Source: an uncultured Candidatus Binatia bacterium (GTDB lineage: Bacteria; Desulfobacterota; Binatia; Bin18; CBDCRK01). From it: 64,000 nt of DNA. The position numbers were made by a program, and so were the translations under genes. The stretch's first letter is position 1. Every line of letters begins with the position of its first letter. The notes beneath the pieces were generated by a model. It was not told the DNA's origin and did not search any database. It saw only the letters and a program-made list of their open reading frames with translations. Shown here one piece after another: positions 1 to 9,594 of this stretch. The stretch lies in assembly GCA_965220955.1 (NCBI GenBank), contig CBDCRK010000039.1:4694-68693 (forward strand), read 5' to 3'.

Positions 1-184
1 CCGTATCCACAAACACAGTAGGGGTCGCCGGTGGGACTATTGGGTCTGCGCCGCATGTGAAGAGCAGATTCACCGGTTCATGAAGCTGTTCGCGTCCCAC
101 CGTAAATACTGCTCCGACCGCTGCAAGGAGCTTGCAGCCGAGGCACGCGCAGAAGTGAAGAAGGCCGGGAAGACACTGCATTGA
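1..184 (+). CDS. 3' end of a gene with a C-terminal four-Cys zinc finger (partial; runs off the window start)
   Basis: Frame from position 2 reads ...WVCAACEEQIHRFMKLFASHRKYCSDRCKELAAEARAEVKKAGKTLH* (CxxC...YCSxxC); TGA at 182-184; absent from the ORF track. Confidence 0.5.
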   Translation, partial: RIHKHSRGRRWDYWVCAACEEQIHRFMKLFASHRKYCSDRCKELAAEARAEVKKAGKTLH

Positions 185-240
185 GCGCGCTGTTGCTCCT
201 CTCAGGCCAGGGCGTAAGAAGGAGCGTGTTCAGTTTGTCC

Positions 241-548
241 CCCTCACCCGCCTGCCCTGCGGGCAGTCGCCCTCTCCCTCCGGGGGAGAAGAGATAAGAC
301 CTCAAGCACTAGCTGCCAGTCCTCACGTTGGCCTCTCCCTCCAGAGGAGAGGGAACGAGAGCAGAAGATATTGCCCTGGAAGCAATGGAGGCCGGCTTTC
401 GCTGGAATAACAATCCCCTCCTTGGAGGGGTGGCCCGAAGGGCCGGGGTGGGTCCCGCCGGCTCTGATGCCCCCCGGCCCTGACACTGCAACCCACCCCG
501 CTGCTGCGCAGCACCCCGCCGCTAAAGCTTCCAAGTCCCCGGAGGGGA
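241..548. repeat. Cluster of REP-like GC-rich palindromes
   Basis: CCCTCACCCG...CCCTCTCCCTCCGGGGGAGA (241-289), CCTCTCCCTCCAGAGGAGAGGG (~332-353), TCCCCTCCTTGGAGGGGTGGCCCGAAGGGCCGGGGTGGGT (414-453) and its inverted partner ACCCACCCCG...CCCCGGAGGGGA (491-548); near-identical copy of 414-453 at 56473-56510. Confidence 0.65.
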
Positions 549-573
549 TAAGACTGAGGGAAGAACACGTGCC

Positions 574-3204
574 ATGCAACTGAAGCAATATCAGACCGAG
601 ACCCTGTCCGTCCTGCGCCGCTTCTTCGAGGAAGCACGCCTCGCCGGGCCGAAGAACGCCTACGAGGTCATCATTAGAGAACCCGAACAGGCCGGGCGGC
701 TGGGCCGCTATATCGGGGCCTATGCGCCGCTGGCTGAACTGCCGAATGTTCCTTACGTCTGCCTGCGCCTGCCTACCGGCGGCGGCAAGACAATTCTAGG
801 CGCTCACGCCATTGCCGTTGCCCGCAACGCCTGGATCGAGAAGGACTATCCAATGGTCCTATGGCTGGTGCCGTCGAACACCATCCGTTTGCAAACGGTT
901 GAGGCGCTGAAGAACGCCCGCCACCCCTACCGCCAGGTGTTGGACGAGGCTTTCTCGGGCCGGGTGCGCGTGTTCGATATTGCCGACTTCACCCACATCC
1001 GGCCGCACGACCTCCGCGACCACTGCTGCATTGTGGTCGGCACCATTCAGATGCTACGCGTGACGCACACCGAAGGCCGCAAGGTCTACGCTCACAATGA
1101 GGAGATGGAGCCGCACTTCTCAACGGTCCCGAAGACGGTGCCGGGTCTGGAGACGCTGGACAGCGGCGGCGTCAAGTTTTCCTTTGCCAATCTGCTGCAT
1201 CTACACCGCCCGCTGATGATTGTGGACGAGGCGCACAACGCCGTTACCGGCCTGACACGGGAGATGCAGGCGCGGGTAAATCCATGCGCGATCATTGAGT
1301 TCACGGCAACGCCGCAGCCTAAGTCGAACATTCTGTACAGCGTCACCGCCCAGGAATTGAAACGCGAGGATATGATCAAGCTGCCGATCATGCTGTCCGA
1401 GCACAACACCTGGCAGAATGCGGTGAACGGCGCGATTGCCGCCCGCGCCTTGCTGGCCGAGGCCGCCCAGGACGATGCCGACTATATCCGGCCCATCGTG
1501 CTGTTTCAGGCCCAGCCAAAGAATCAGGAAGTGACGGTCGAGACGCTGAAGAAGTACTTGATGGATGTCGAACAAATTCCCGCAAGCAAAATCGCCGTTG
1601 CCACCGGCGACCAGCGGGAACTGGACGGCATCGACCTGTTCGACCCGCACTGCCCGATTGCATATGTCATCACGATCGAGGCGTTGAAAGAAGGCTGGGA
1701 CTGTTCCTTTGCTTACCTCTTCTGTTCCGTCTCGCGCATTCATAGCACGACGGATGTTGAGCAGCTTCTTGGCCGCGTGCTGCGCATGCCCTACGCCAAG
1801 CGGCGTAAGGCCACCGAGCTGAACCGGGCGTATGCCTACCTGTCCGAGCCGTCTTTTGGCGAGGCCGCGCGGGCGCTGGCGGATAAGCTGGTGGCAATGG
1901 GTTTCGAGGAGGACGAGGCATTCGACAACATTGAGCCGGTGCAAGAAGAACTCGGCGGCGAGGACGGTCTTTTCGGCTCGCGCGAGAAGCCCAAGCCGAC
2001 CTTCAAGCATACGCTCACGGCGACGCCGGAGATTCTGTCGGCCTTGAAGCAGACGGAACGAGACGGCGTGACGGTGCGTGAGACCGGCAGTGGACAGGTT
2101 GAGATTGCGATTACCGGCCATGTGGATGATCGCCTGGAAAAGGTAATCTATGCGGCGATTCCAGAGACAGAACGCCAGCATGTTGCCGAGGCCATTGAGC
2201 AGTATCGGAAGCTGGTAAAGAACCAGCTCTCACCCGCCGAACGGGGCGAGCCGTTCAAAGTCCCGCGCCTTATGGCGGAGGTCCAGGGGGAGCTTGAGTT
2301 CGCCGATACCGACGTGTTCATGGAAGATCACGACTGGTCGCTGCTCAGCCATTCGCCGAAAATGGACGAGCCTGAATTTACGATCCGTGAGACAGCGCGC
2401 AGCTTCGAGATCGATATTGACGGCAGGCATGTCAGGTATCAGTTTGCCGGTGAGGAGGAACAACTCACGCTGAACGTAAATGTGGAAGGCTGGACACCTG
2501 AAGCCCTGGTTCTGTGGCTCGACCGGCAGGTGCGCCAGCCCGACATTGGTCAGGGCGCATTGCTCAAGTGGCTTTCCAGTCTTGTGGGCCACCTGAGCAA
2601 CGCGCGCGGTATACATATCGCTGCGCTCATGCGTTGCAAGTTTATCCTGGCGCGAAAGATACGAGACCGGATTAGCGCCATTCGCCGCAAAGAACGCAAC
2701 AGCGTCTATCAGCGGTATCTCTTTGCGCCCGAGGCCAAGGTTGAGGTGTCCTTTGACAACACCTTCGCCTTTAGGGAGGGCATGTACCGGGACCAGCGGC
2801 GCTACCGGGGACGCTGGAAGCCACGCAAGCACTTTTTAGGCCCGGATCAGGTTCCGGCCTTTGACGGCGCGGACAACGGGGAGGAAGTCCAGTGCGCCCA
2901 GGCCCTCGACAGCCTGCCCGGCGTGAAATGCTGGACTCGCAATGTGGCCCGTCATCCAGAGTCGTTCTGGCTGCCCACCGCAACGGACAAGTTCTACCCC
3001 GACTTCGTAGCGGTGTTGGACAACGGGCGTCTTCTGGTTGTCGAGTACAAGGGCGCGCATATTGCAGAGGGGTCGGATACCGCGGAGAAGCGGGCTATTG
3101 GTGAGCTGTGGCAACGAAAAAGCGGTGGCAAGGGCCTGTTCAGCGTTGTTGAGAAAAGCGTCGGTGGGAAGGATGTGCGTCAGCAGTTGATGGAGCGAAC
3201 CTGA
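574..3204 (+). CDS. Type III restriction endonuclease Res subunit (SF2 helicase + PD-(D/E)xK nuclease)
   Basis: Walker A LPTGGGKT, DEAH box, TAT motif III, ALKEGWD, QLLGRVLR motif VI, C-terminal FYPDF...VVEYKG nuclease motif; 876 aa. Confidence 0.9.
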   Translation: MQLKQYQTETLSVLRRFFEEARLAGPKNAYEVIIREPEQAGRLGRYIGAYAPLAELPNVPYVCLRLPTGGGKTILGAHAIAVARNAWIEKDYPMVLWLVPSNTIRLQTVEALKNARHPYRQVLDEAFSGRVRVFDIADFTHIRPHDLRDHCCIVVGTIQMLRVTHTEGRKVYAHNEEMEPHFSTVPKTVPGLETLDSGGVKFSFANLLHLHRPLMIVDEAHNAVTGLTREMQARVNPCAIIEFTATPQPKSNILYSVTAQELKREDMIKLPIMLSEHNTWQNAVNGAIAARALLAEAAQDDADYIRPIVLFQAQPKNQEVTVETLKKYLMDVEQIPASKIAVATGDQRELDGIDLFDPHCPIAYVITIEALKEGWDCSFAYLFCSVSRIHSTTDVEQLLGRVLRMPYAKRRKATELNRAYAYLSEPSFGEAARALADKLVAMGFEEDEAFDNIEPVQEELGGEDGLFGSREKPKPTFKHTLTATPEILSALKQTERDGVTVRETGSGQVEIAITGHVDDRLEKVIYAAIPETERQHVAEAIEQYRKLVKNQLSPAERGEPFKVPRLMAEVQGELEFADTDVFMEDHDWSLLSHSPKMDEPEFTIRETARSFEIDIDGRHVRYQFAGEEEQLTLNVNVEGWTPEALVLWLDRQVRQPDIGQGALLKWLSSLVGHLSNARGIHIAALMRCKFILARKIRDRISAIRRKERNSVYQRYLFAPEAKVEVSFDNTFAFREGMYRDQRRYRGRWKPRKHFLGPDQVPAFDGADNGEEVQCAQALDSLPGVKCWTRNVARHPESFWLPTATDKFYPDFVAVLDNGRLLVVEYKGAHIAEGSDTAEKRAIGELWQRKSGGKGLFSVVEKSVGGKDVRQQLMERT

Positions 3205-3268
3205 AGAATTGACCTGAGGAAGAAGGTATTGAGACAGTAAGAGCTGCTCAAACATAGAATAATCCAGG

Positions 3269-3297
3269 GTAGGGGCGGGTTTGAAACCCGCCCCTAC
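3269..3297. repeat. GTAG-type REP-like perfect hairpin
   Basis: GTAGGGGCGGGTTT-G-AAACCCGCCCCTAC, intergenic. Confidence 0.7.
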
Positions 3298-3325
3298 TTA
3301 TCGGCGATCTTCATAAAGTCCCGCT

Positions 3326-4123
3326 GTGTCCCACCATCCCAGACGCTTTCTCTGCGCTTCAGCCATAGCGCTGTTACTGGCAGCCTCGCCGGCGTTAGCC
3401 ATTATCGACTGGAGTACGACCGAGCTTCACTTTCAGTATGGTCATCTCGAAAATCCGTTTTCGGACGCCAACAAGAGCACCTTCATTCTCACCTTACAAA
3501 ATGCTCTGGGCTGGAAGTATGGTGAGAGTTTCTTTTTTGCCGACTTCATCGAAGACGTCGAGGGTGACAACTTCAACAACACCGACTTGTACTTCGAGTG
3601 GTTTCCGAGCCTGAGCCTTGGTAAGCTGACAAACAAAAAGCTCGGAATCGGGCCAATCAAGGACTTCTCATTGATCGTTGGCATTAACGTCAGCGTGGAC
3701 GCCAAGGTCATCAAATATCTGCCCGGTCTGCGTGCGGCCTGGACTCTGCCGGGTTTTGCTTTTCTGAATACCGACCTGACCGCCTATATCGACAACAGTC
3801 GCGGAGTCTCGCGCGGAGGCGCTCCCAAACAGACCGACAGCTTTATGTTCGACCTCAGCTGGGCCTATCCCTTCAGTATTGGCAACCTGTCTTTCTCGAT
3901 CGAGGGCCATGCCGAGTACGTGCACGGCCGTACCGACGAATTCGGCAACCATGTCGAAAGCTGGTTTTTTACCCAGCCACAGTTCCGGCTGGATCTGGGC
4001 AAGGCGCTGGCGGGAGCGGCTGACCGGCTTTTTATTGGTATGGAGTACCAGTACTGGCGTAACAAGCTTGGCACGAAGAACGACGAAAGCCTGCCTCAGT
4101 TCCTGCTGGTCTGGCGGTTCTGA
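3326..4123 (+). CDS. Tsx-like nucleoside-specific outer-membrane channel (DUF5020-like)
   Basis: Signal peptide ending ALA, WSTTELHFQYG, GWKYGESFFFAD, QPQFRLDLG, GMEYQYWRNKLG, terminal aromatic residue (WRF). Confidence 0.8.
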   Translation: MSHHPRRFLCASAIALLLAASPALAIIDWSTTELHFQYGHLENPFSDANKSTFILTLQNALGWKYGESFFFADFIEDVEGDNFNNTDLYFEWFPSLSLGKLTNKKLGIGPIKDFSLIVGINVSVDAKVIKYLPGLRAAWTLPGFAFLNTDLTAYIDNSRGVSRGGAPKQTDSFMFDLSWAYPFSIGNLSFSIEGHAEYVHGRTDEFGNHVESWFFTQPQFRLDLGKALAGAADRLFIGMEYQYWRNKLGTKNDESLPQFLLVWRF

Positions 4124-4443
4124 AAACGATTTACGGCGTTATTGCTACGCCCCTATCGTTGCGTCTAGGACTCGCATGTCGTTGGGTTGGAAGCCTTGGA
4201 CTTGAGGAAGAAAAAATTGAGACTCTTCCTTGTCCAACCTGATTTCTCATTTTGTCATTCCTTGTGTTGGAAAAATTGACCTGATAAAGAAGACATTGAG
4301 ACGCGGACTAGTGCGCGGGTGCGGTGGATCATTGACCCACAGGCGTGTATAGTGCTGAGGTTCTTCGACCGCGTCACTGAAAGCACCAAACCGATTCTTA
4401 CAATAAACGGACGAGCAGCGTATGAACCGTGCGGAGAATATTG

Positions 4444-5271
4444 ATGACGAACAGAGACATTATCAACGCAGACCTGGGGAGAGCCCGCAGGCGTAAAGGC
4501 GCCGTGTGGGTCGTTTTGTTCATTGCGGTGCCAATATGGCTCTGCTCCGGGGCCGCGGCTCAGGCGGACGGCTTGTACTTCCGGGCCGGGGGCGGTGTCG
4601 ATTGGTCGGAGGAGACGCGGTTCAAGGACAAAGACTGTTCGGGCCGCGCGCGGCTGGCCCTGTACGGCTGTGGAGCGGGCATCGACGGGGCGCCCTTGAG
4701 TTCGCTTGGCGATTTCGGCGTGCTGGGCAACTACGAGCTCGGTGCCGGCTACGGCGTGGCAGACGCCCTGCGGCTCGAAGCCGTCTTTCAACACCGTCCA
4801 AGCTTTTCCTTCAAGGGCCGCGCCAATTTCGTGCAGACCAGGGGCCGGCAAGAGACCTCCGCGGACATGTCGTCCCTGTCCGGCATGCTGGCCGCGTATG
4901 TAGACCTCCCGCGGCTGGGCCTGCCGAAGCTCGGTCCGTTCAGCCCGTTCATCGGGGGTGGGGTCGGCATCTCTCACACCGATATCAACAAAACCCGCAT
5001 GAGGTTCACAAAGACGGCGACCATTGTGCCGGGCGGACAAGAGCTCAATTTCGCCTGGATGCTCACCGCGGGGGTCGGGACACCGCTGACCGAGAAAATA
5101 ACGCTCGACGTTGCCTATCGTTATACGGATTCCGGCACGGTCGAGACGGACAACGGTATTGCAAGGGTTGTGAATCAAGCCGGGACCACCCTGGTTCCTC
5201 TTGATATAGGCAAGACGCGGGGGCACCTGGCAAGCCACGGACTGCATCTCTCCCTGCGCTACACGTTCTAG
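4444..5271 (+). CDS. Opacity/OmpA-like outer-membrane beta-barrel protein
   Basis: Signal peptide, PFIGGGVG, FAWMLTAGVG, LDVAYRY, C-terminal LRYTF. Confidence 0.8.
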   Translation: MTNRDIINADLGRARRRKGAVWVVLFIAVPIWLCSGAAAQADGLYFRAGGGVDWSEETRFKDKDCSGRARLALYGCGAGIDGAPLSSLGDFGVLGNYELGAGYGVADALRLEAVFQHRPSFSFKGRANFVQTRGRQETSADMSSLSGMLAAYVDLPRLGLPKLGPFSPFIGGGVGISHTDINKTRMRFTKTATIVPGGQELNFAWMLTAGVGTPLTEKITLDVAYRYTDSGTVETDNGIARVVNQAGTTLVPLDIGKTRGHLASHGLHLSLRYTF

Positions 5272-5334
5272 GGCCGGTATTCGGCCGCCGGCCGACATTC
5301 GGCCGCCACACCGACACGCATGTACTCGATCTTG

Positions 5335-5354
5335 CTATAACTTATAAGTTATAG
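5335..5354. promoter_or_regulatory. Perfect 20-bp AT-rich palindrome, candidate operator upstream of nadV
   Basis: CTATAACTTATAAGTTATAG equals its own reverse complement; ~80 bp upstream of the ATG. Confidence 0.45.
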
Positions 5355-5435
5355 AATCATATGGGGTTTATTGTACACCGACACGAATGAAGAAGGAATG
5401 GGGGAACAAGAGGTTAGTTTACAGGAGCTTGGTTT

Positions 5436-6827
5436 ATGATCAATCTGATTCTCTCAACCGATAGCTACAAATTTACTCATTGGAAACAGTATCCTCCTGG
5501 AACCCAAACGGTTTATTCTTATTTTGAATCACGGGGCGGTCAATTTCCCCAAACCGTATTTTTTGGCTTGCAGTATTTGCTGAAAAAATACCTCACCGGG
5601 AAGGTGCTCACAGAATCCCATATCCAGGAAGCTCAATCGTTCGCTCAGGAACATTTCGCCAGAGAGGACGTTTTCAACCTAAGCGGATGGACCTATATCC
5701 TGCAAGAAAAAAACGGCTTCCTCCCCATTAGCATTAAAGCTGTCCCTGAGGGGTGTATGATTCCTAACCATAATGTTCTTGTAACTATTGAGAACACTGA
5801 CCCTAACTGTTTCTGGCTGACCAATCATTTAGAAACCCTATTAGTACAGATATGGTATGGATGCACCGTAGCCACCCTGTCTCAGTATATCAGGCAATTA
5901 ATATTGCGTTATTTGGCAGAGACCGGCGATCCGAGCCAAATCGATCTTAAGTTGCATGACTTTGGCTTTAGAGGGGTTTCCTCTTTGGAATCTGCGTCTA
6001 TTGGGGGAGCCGCTCATCTGCTTAGCTTCAAAGGGACCGACAATGTGGCTGGAATCAGCCTGGCACAAAGATATTACCAGGCTAGCATGCCGGGATTTTC
6101 CATACCCGCGGCCGAGCATAGTACGATTACGGCGTGGGGAGCAGAGAATGAGCACCAGGCCATGGCGCATATTTTGGACCAATTTCCTACCGGATTTGTT
6201 TCCGTGGTAAGCGACTCTTACGATGTCTACCGCGCCTGTAAAGACATTTGGGGCAACAAGCTTAGAGATAAGGTTCTCCATCGTGACGGTACTCTCGTTG
6301 TCAGACCAGACTCGGGTTATCCTCCTGAAATTGTAGTTGCGGTGCTGGAGATCTTGGGCGCCGCGTTTGGTTTCACCCCTAACACCAAAGGCTACAAAGT
6401 CTTAGACCCAAAAGTGAGAGTGATTCAGGGGGATGGGGTTGATTATGAGATGATTGATAAGGTACTGGCTCACATGAAAACTAAGGGTTGGTCGGCAGAT
6501 AATATAGTATTCGGTATGGGCGGGGCGCTCTTGCAGAAATTAAACCGGGACACACAAAAATTTGCCTTCAAGTGTTCGAGTGTAACGGTTGATGGCCAGG
6601 ATCGAGATGTCTATAAGCTGCCGGTGACAGATCAGGGTAAGAAATCTAAGGCGGGAAGGCTTAAACTTGCTCTTAAGCAGGGGCCTGACGGCAGGGTCTA
6701 TGAGACTATCCCCTATGATGGTGAGGGCGCGATGCACCAAAGCAAGGATGAGTTAGTAGAAGTATTCAGAGATGGTATGCTGTTAAAAGAATACTCTTTT
6801 GATGAGTGCCGTGAGCGGATATCATAA
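5436..6827 (+). CDS. nadV: Nicotinamide phosphoribosyltransferase (Nampt/NadV family)
   Basis: TDSYKFTHWKQYPP, LHDFGFRG, SIPAAEHST, SVVSDSYD, VRPDSG, IQGDG, FGMGGALLQ, KKSKAGRL. Confidence 0.9.
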   Translation: MINLILSTDSYKFTHWKQYPPGTQTVYSYFESRGGQFPQTVFFGLQYLLKKYLTGKVLTESHIQEAQSFAQEHFAREDVFNLSGWTYILQEKNGFLPISIKAVPEGCMIPNHNVLVTIENTDPNCFWLTNHLETLLVQIWYGCTVATLSQYIRQLILRYLAETGDPSQIDLKLHDFGFRGVSSLESASIGGAAHLLSFKGTDNVAGISLAQRYYQASMPGFSIPAAEHSTITAWGAENEHQAMAHILDQFPTGFVSVVSDSYDVYRACKDIWGNKLRDKVLHRDGTLVVRPDSGYPPEIVVAVLEILGAAFGFTPNTKGYKVLDPKVRVIQGDGVDYEMIDKVLAHMKTKGWSADNIVFGMGGALLQKLNRDTQKFAFKCSSVTVDGQDRDVYKLPVTDQGKKSKAGRLKLALKQGPDGRVYETIPYDGEGAMHQSKDELVEVFRDGMLLKEYSFDECRERIS

Positions 6828-7124
6828 GATATCCCAAGACACCCCTTAAGATATCCCCTTAAGATTATCCTTGGTTAGCTACCCCGGTTAGATACCCCAT
6901 TTGGGCAGAGTTGGAAGAGCAAGCAATAAACAACTAAGAGTTTGGACGCCCACCCTTTTTATCCCCCCTCGCTCCCAAAGGCAAGGGAAATTGGGAGCAA
7001 AATCCGCAGGCTCAGGGAGCTGGCGCGCCGAAGCCACGAGCAGGCATACCTGGCGGGATGTGAGTTCTTGACAAAGGGGGTTTTCTCAGGCAGACAAAGA
7101 GGGCGCAAGCACAAGGAGGAATCT

Positions 7125-8054
7125 ATGCTACTTGACGGTAAAGTTGCAATCGTTACTGGCTCGGCGCGGGGGATTGGCCGGGAAGAGGCTCTGCTGTTGG
7201 CCAAGCATGGAGCCAAGGTGGTGGTTAACGATTTTGGTGGCCATTTCGATGGCACGGGTGCCGACACCCGACCAGCGCAGCTTGTGGTTGATGAAATTAA
7301 GGCCACGGGTGGCGAGGCGGTTGCGAACTACGAGAGCGTAGCCGATTATAAAGGCGCCAAACGGATTCTTGAATGTGCGTTGGATACCTTTGGCAAGCTG
7401 AACATTCTAGTGAATAATGCTGGCATTTTGCGTGACCGCATGATTTTCAATATGGCCGAGGAGGAGTGGGACGCGGTGGTGGGCGTGCATTTAAAGGGCA
7501 CGTTTAGCTGCACCCGCCATGTCTGCGAGTACTGGCGTGAGGAACACAAAAAAGGCAATGTTCTCAACGGCCGGGTTATTAATACCTCTTCCGACTCCGG
7601 CCTTTTGGGCAATGCCGGCCAGACCAACTATGGTTCGGCCAAGGCAGCCGTGGCTACGCTTGCCATTATTGCTGATGCCGAAATGCAGAAATATGGAGTC
7701 ACGGCCAATGCTATTGCCCCTATGGCTCGTACCCGTCTTACTGTAGATGCTACTCCACAGACCGCAGGTCAGATGAATGCAGCTGAGGGAGAGTTTGATT
7801 TCTTCAACCCGCGTAACGTGGCCCCGCTCATTGTGTGGCTGTCGAGTGATGATGCGGCTGGCGTGCATGGCGAGGTCTTCCGGGTGGGTGGCGGCACGGT
7901 ATGGCTAATGCAAGGCTGGCACTCGGTAGCAACGGTGAAACAGAAAGACACCTGGAATCCTGAGGAACTCGGCGGGCAGCTGAAGGAAGTCCTGGCCAAG
8001 GGTCTCACCAAAAAGGAGAACCTTGGGGAAATATTTCGGGATCTGCGGCAATAG
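7125..8054 (+). CDS. SDR family NAD(P)-dependent oxidoreductase
   Basis: TGSARGIG, NNAGILRD, YGSAK; start moved to ATG 7125 after AAGGAGG. Confidence 0.9.
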   Translation: MLLDGKVAIVTGSARGIGREEALLLAKHGAKVVVNDFGGHFDGTGADTRPAQLVVDEIKATGGEAVANYESVADYKGAKRILECALDTFGKLNILVNNAGILRDRMIFNMAEEEWDAVVGVHLKGTFSCTRHVCEYWREEHKKGNVLNGRVINTSSDSGLLGNAGQTNYGSAKAAVATLAIIADAEMQKYGVTANAIAPMARTRLTVDATPQTAGQMNAAEGEFDFFNPRNVAPLIVWLSSDDAAGVHGEVFRVGGGTVWLMQGWHSVATVKQKDTWNPEELGGQLKEVLAKGLTKKENLGEIFRDLRQ

Positions 8055-8084
8055 CCAGGCTTCTTGCCTCTTTAACAGGACCCA

Positions 8085-8600
8085 ATGACGCCAATGCCTG
8101 ACCAGCCCCAACCCACGGTTCTCTTTGTCTGCCATGCTAACACCAGCCGTAGTGTCATGGCACATGCCCTGCTGGAAAAAATGCTAGCCCAGCGAGAGGC
8201 TGACCACATCCGCGTCCGCTCGGGTGGCATTGCTAACTATGCACGGGACCGGATGCTGCCTTCGCTTGATGCCCGCCTGGTTCTCCAGGAGGAGGACATC
8301 TATCTTGCCGAAGGGGAATTCAGCTCGATCGATCTGAGACGACATCGCGATATCATTGTTGAAGCTAACCTCATTCTGACCATGACCATAGAGCAGAAAG
8401 ACATGCTCAGGGTTTATCCTGAGGCTGAAGGGAAGCCGGTCTTCACCCTCAAAGAGTTTGCTGGCGACGAAGGAGACATCGACGACCCCGCCTGTCAGGG
8501 AGAAGATATCTTTCGCGCCCGCCTGATTGAGATCAAGCACTGCTTGGAGAAATCAATAGACCGCCTTATCGGGACATTAAACCATGACCGACTTTCATAA
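8085..8600 (+). CDS. Low-molecular-weight protein tyrosine/arginine phosphatase
   Basis: FVCHANTSRS (CX5R) P-loop and DIDDP general-acid loop. Confidence 0.8.
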   Translation: MTPMPDQPQPTVLFVCHANTSRSVMAHALLEKMLAQREADHIRVRSGGIANYARDRMLPSLDARLVLQEEDIYLAEGEFSSIDLRRHRDIIVEANLILTMTIEQKDMLRVYPEAEGKPVFTLKEFAGDEGDIDDPACQGEDIFRARLIEIKHCLEKSIDRLIGTLNHDRLS

Positions 8601-9012
8601 CCCCCCTGACGAAGTGATCCGGGACATTCTTGCCCAACCCCGCACCATTGCGGTGGTGGGCTGCTCGCCTGACCCCGGCCGGGACAGTCACCGTATTGCC
8701 GCGCTTCTGCAAGCCAAGGGACATAGGGTCATTCCCGTCAACCCTACTTGTGATTCCATCCTGGGGGAGCCCTGCTTTGCTACGCTCAGCGATATTCCCG
8801 AAAATATCCGTGAAAAGGTCGAGATGGTGGACGTCTTTCGCCGGTCGGAATTTGTGCCTGAGATTGCTGACCAAGCCATTGCCCTGGGCGCGCAGATCCT
8901 GTGGCTGCAACTAGAAGTGATCCATGTTCCTGCTGCTCGCAAGGCACAGGAGGCTGGGCTCACCGTGGTCATGGATCGCTGTCCCGCAATCGAGTACCGC
9001 CGGTTGTTTTAG
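8584..9012 (+). CDS. CoA-binding protein (YccU-like)
   Basis: IAVVGCS, IPVNP, VDVFRRSE, WLQL, VVMDRC. Confidence 0.9.
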   Translation: MTDFHNPPDEVIRDILAQPRTIAVVGCSPDPGRDSHRIAALLQAKGHRVIPVNPTCDSILGEPCFATLSDIPENIREKVEMVDVFRRSEFVPEIADQAIALGAQILWLQLEVIHVPAARKAQEAGLTVVMDRCPAIEYRRLF

Positions 9013-9027
9013 CCTCCCGCGCGGCCC

Positions 9028-9594
9028 ATGTCTGAACGGACAAAAATTCAGAAATGGGTGCGACTGGCTTCGGAAACCATCTATACCTGCCGTATTTTCT
9101 CTTTACGCAAAGATCGCAATCGCTCGCCTCGTGACAACCGCACGCACGATTTTTATGTGCTGGAGTCTCCTGACTGGGTGAACATTATTCCAGTAACACC
9201 CGATGGCCAGGTGGTCCTGATCCACCAGTACCGCCACGGCATTGATCAGATTACGCTGGAGATTCCTGGAGGAATGGTAGATCCGCACGACCCCTCTCCC
9301 CTGGACGCGGCCAGACGAGAAATGCAGGAAGAGACGGGCTTTGACTCCGAGAACATTGTGCCTCTGGGAGTTATCCATCCCAATCCTGCCATCCAGGGCA
9401 ACCGTTGTCATACCTTTCTTGCCCAAGACGCCGTCAAGCGATTTGACCCACAGTTTGACACAACTGAGGAGGCCGAAGTAACCCTGGTTCCGCTTAGCAA
9501 CATTCCCGCCCTTGTCAAACAGGGAGCAATCTCCCATGCCCTGGTAGTCGTGGCCTTTTACTGGCACGGTCTGGTGCAAGGAAAAATGCCGTGA
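9028..9594 (+). CDS. Nudix hydrolase (ADP-ribose pyrophosphatase-like)
   Basis: QYRH, LEIPGG and Nudix box AARREMQEETG. Confidence 0.9.
   Translation: MSERTKIQKWVRLASETIYTCRIFSLRKDRNRSPRDNRTHDFYVLESPDWVNIIPVTPDGQVVLIHQYRHGIDQITLEIPGGMVDPHDPSPLDAARREMQEETGFDSENIVPLGVIHPNPAIQGNRCHTFLAQDAVKRFDPQFDTTEEAEVTLVPLSNIPALVKQGAISHALVVVAFYWHGLVQGKMP

Noticed and set aside
1201-5298. Long minus-strand ORFs 1201-2181 and 4255-5298
   Set aside because: Antisense shadows of Res and the outer-membrane protein
5436-6827. Phage NAD reconstitution (NARP2) locus
   Set aside because: No NMN adenylyltransferase partner and no phage genes nearby
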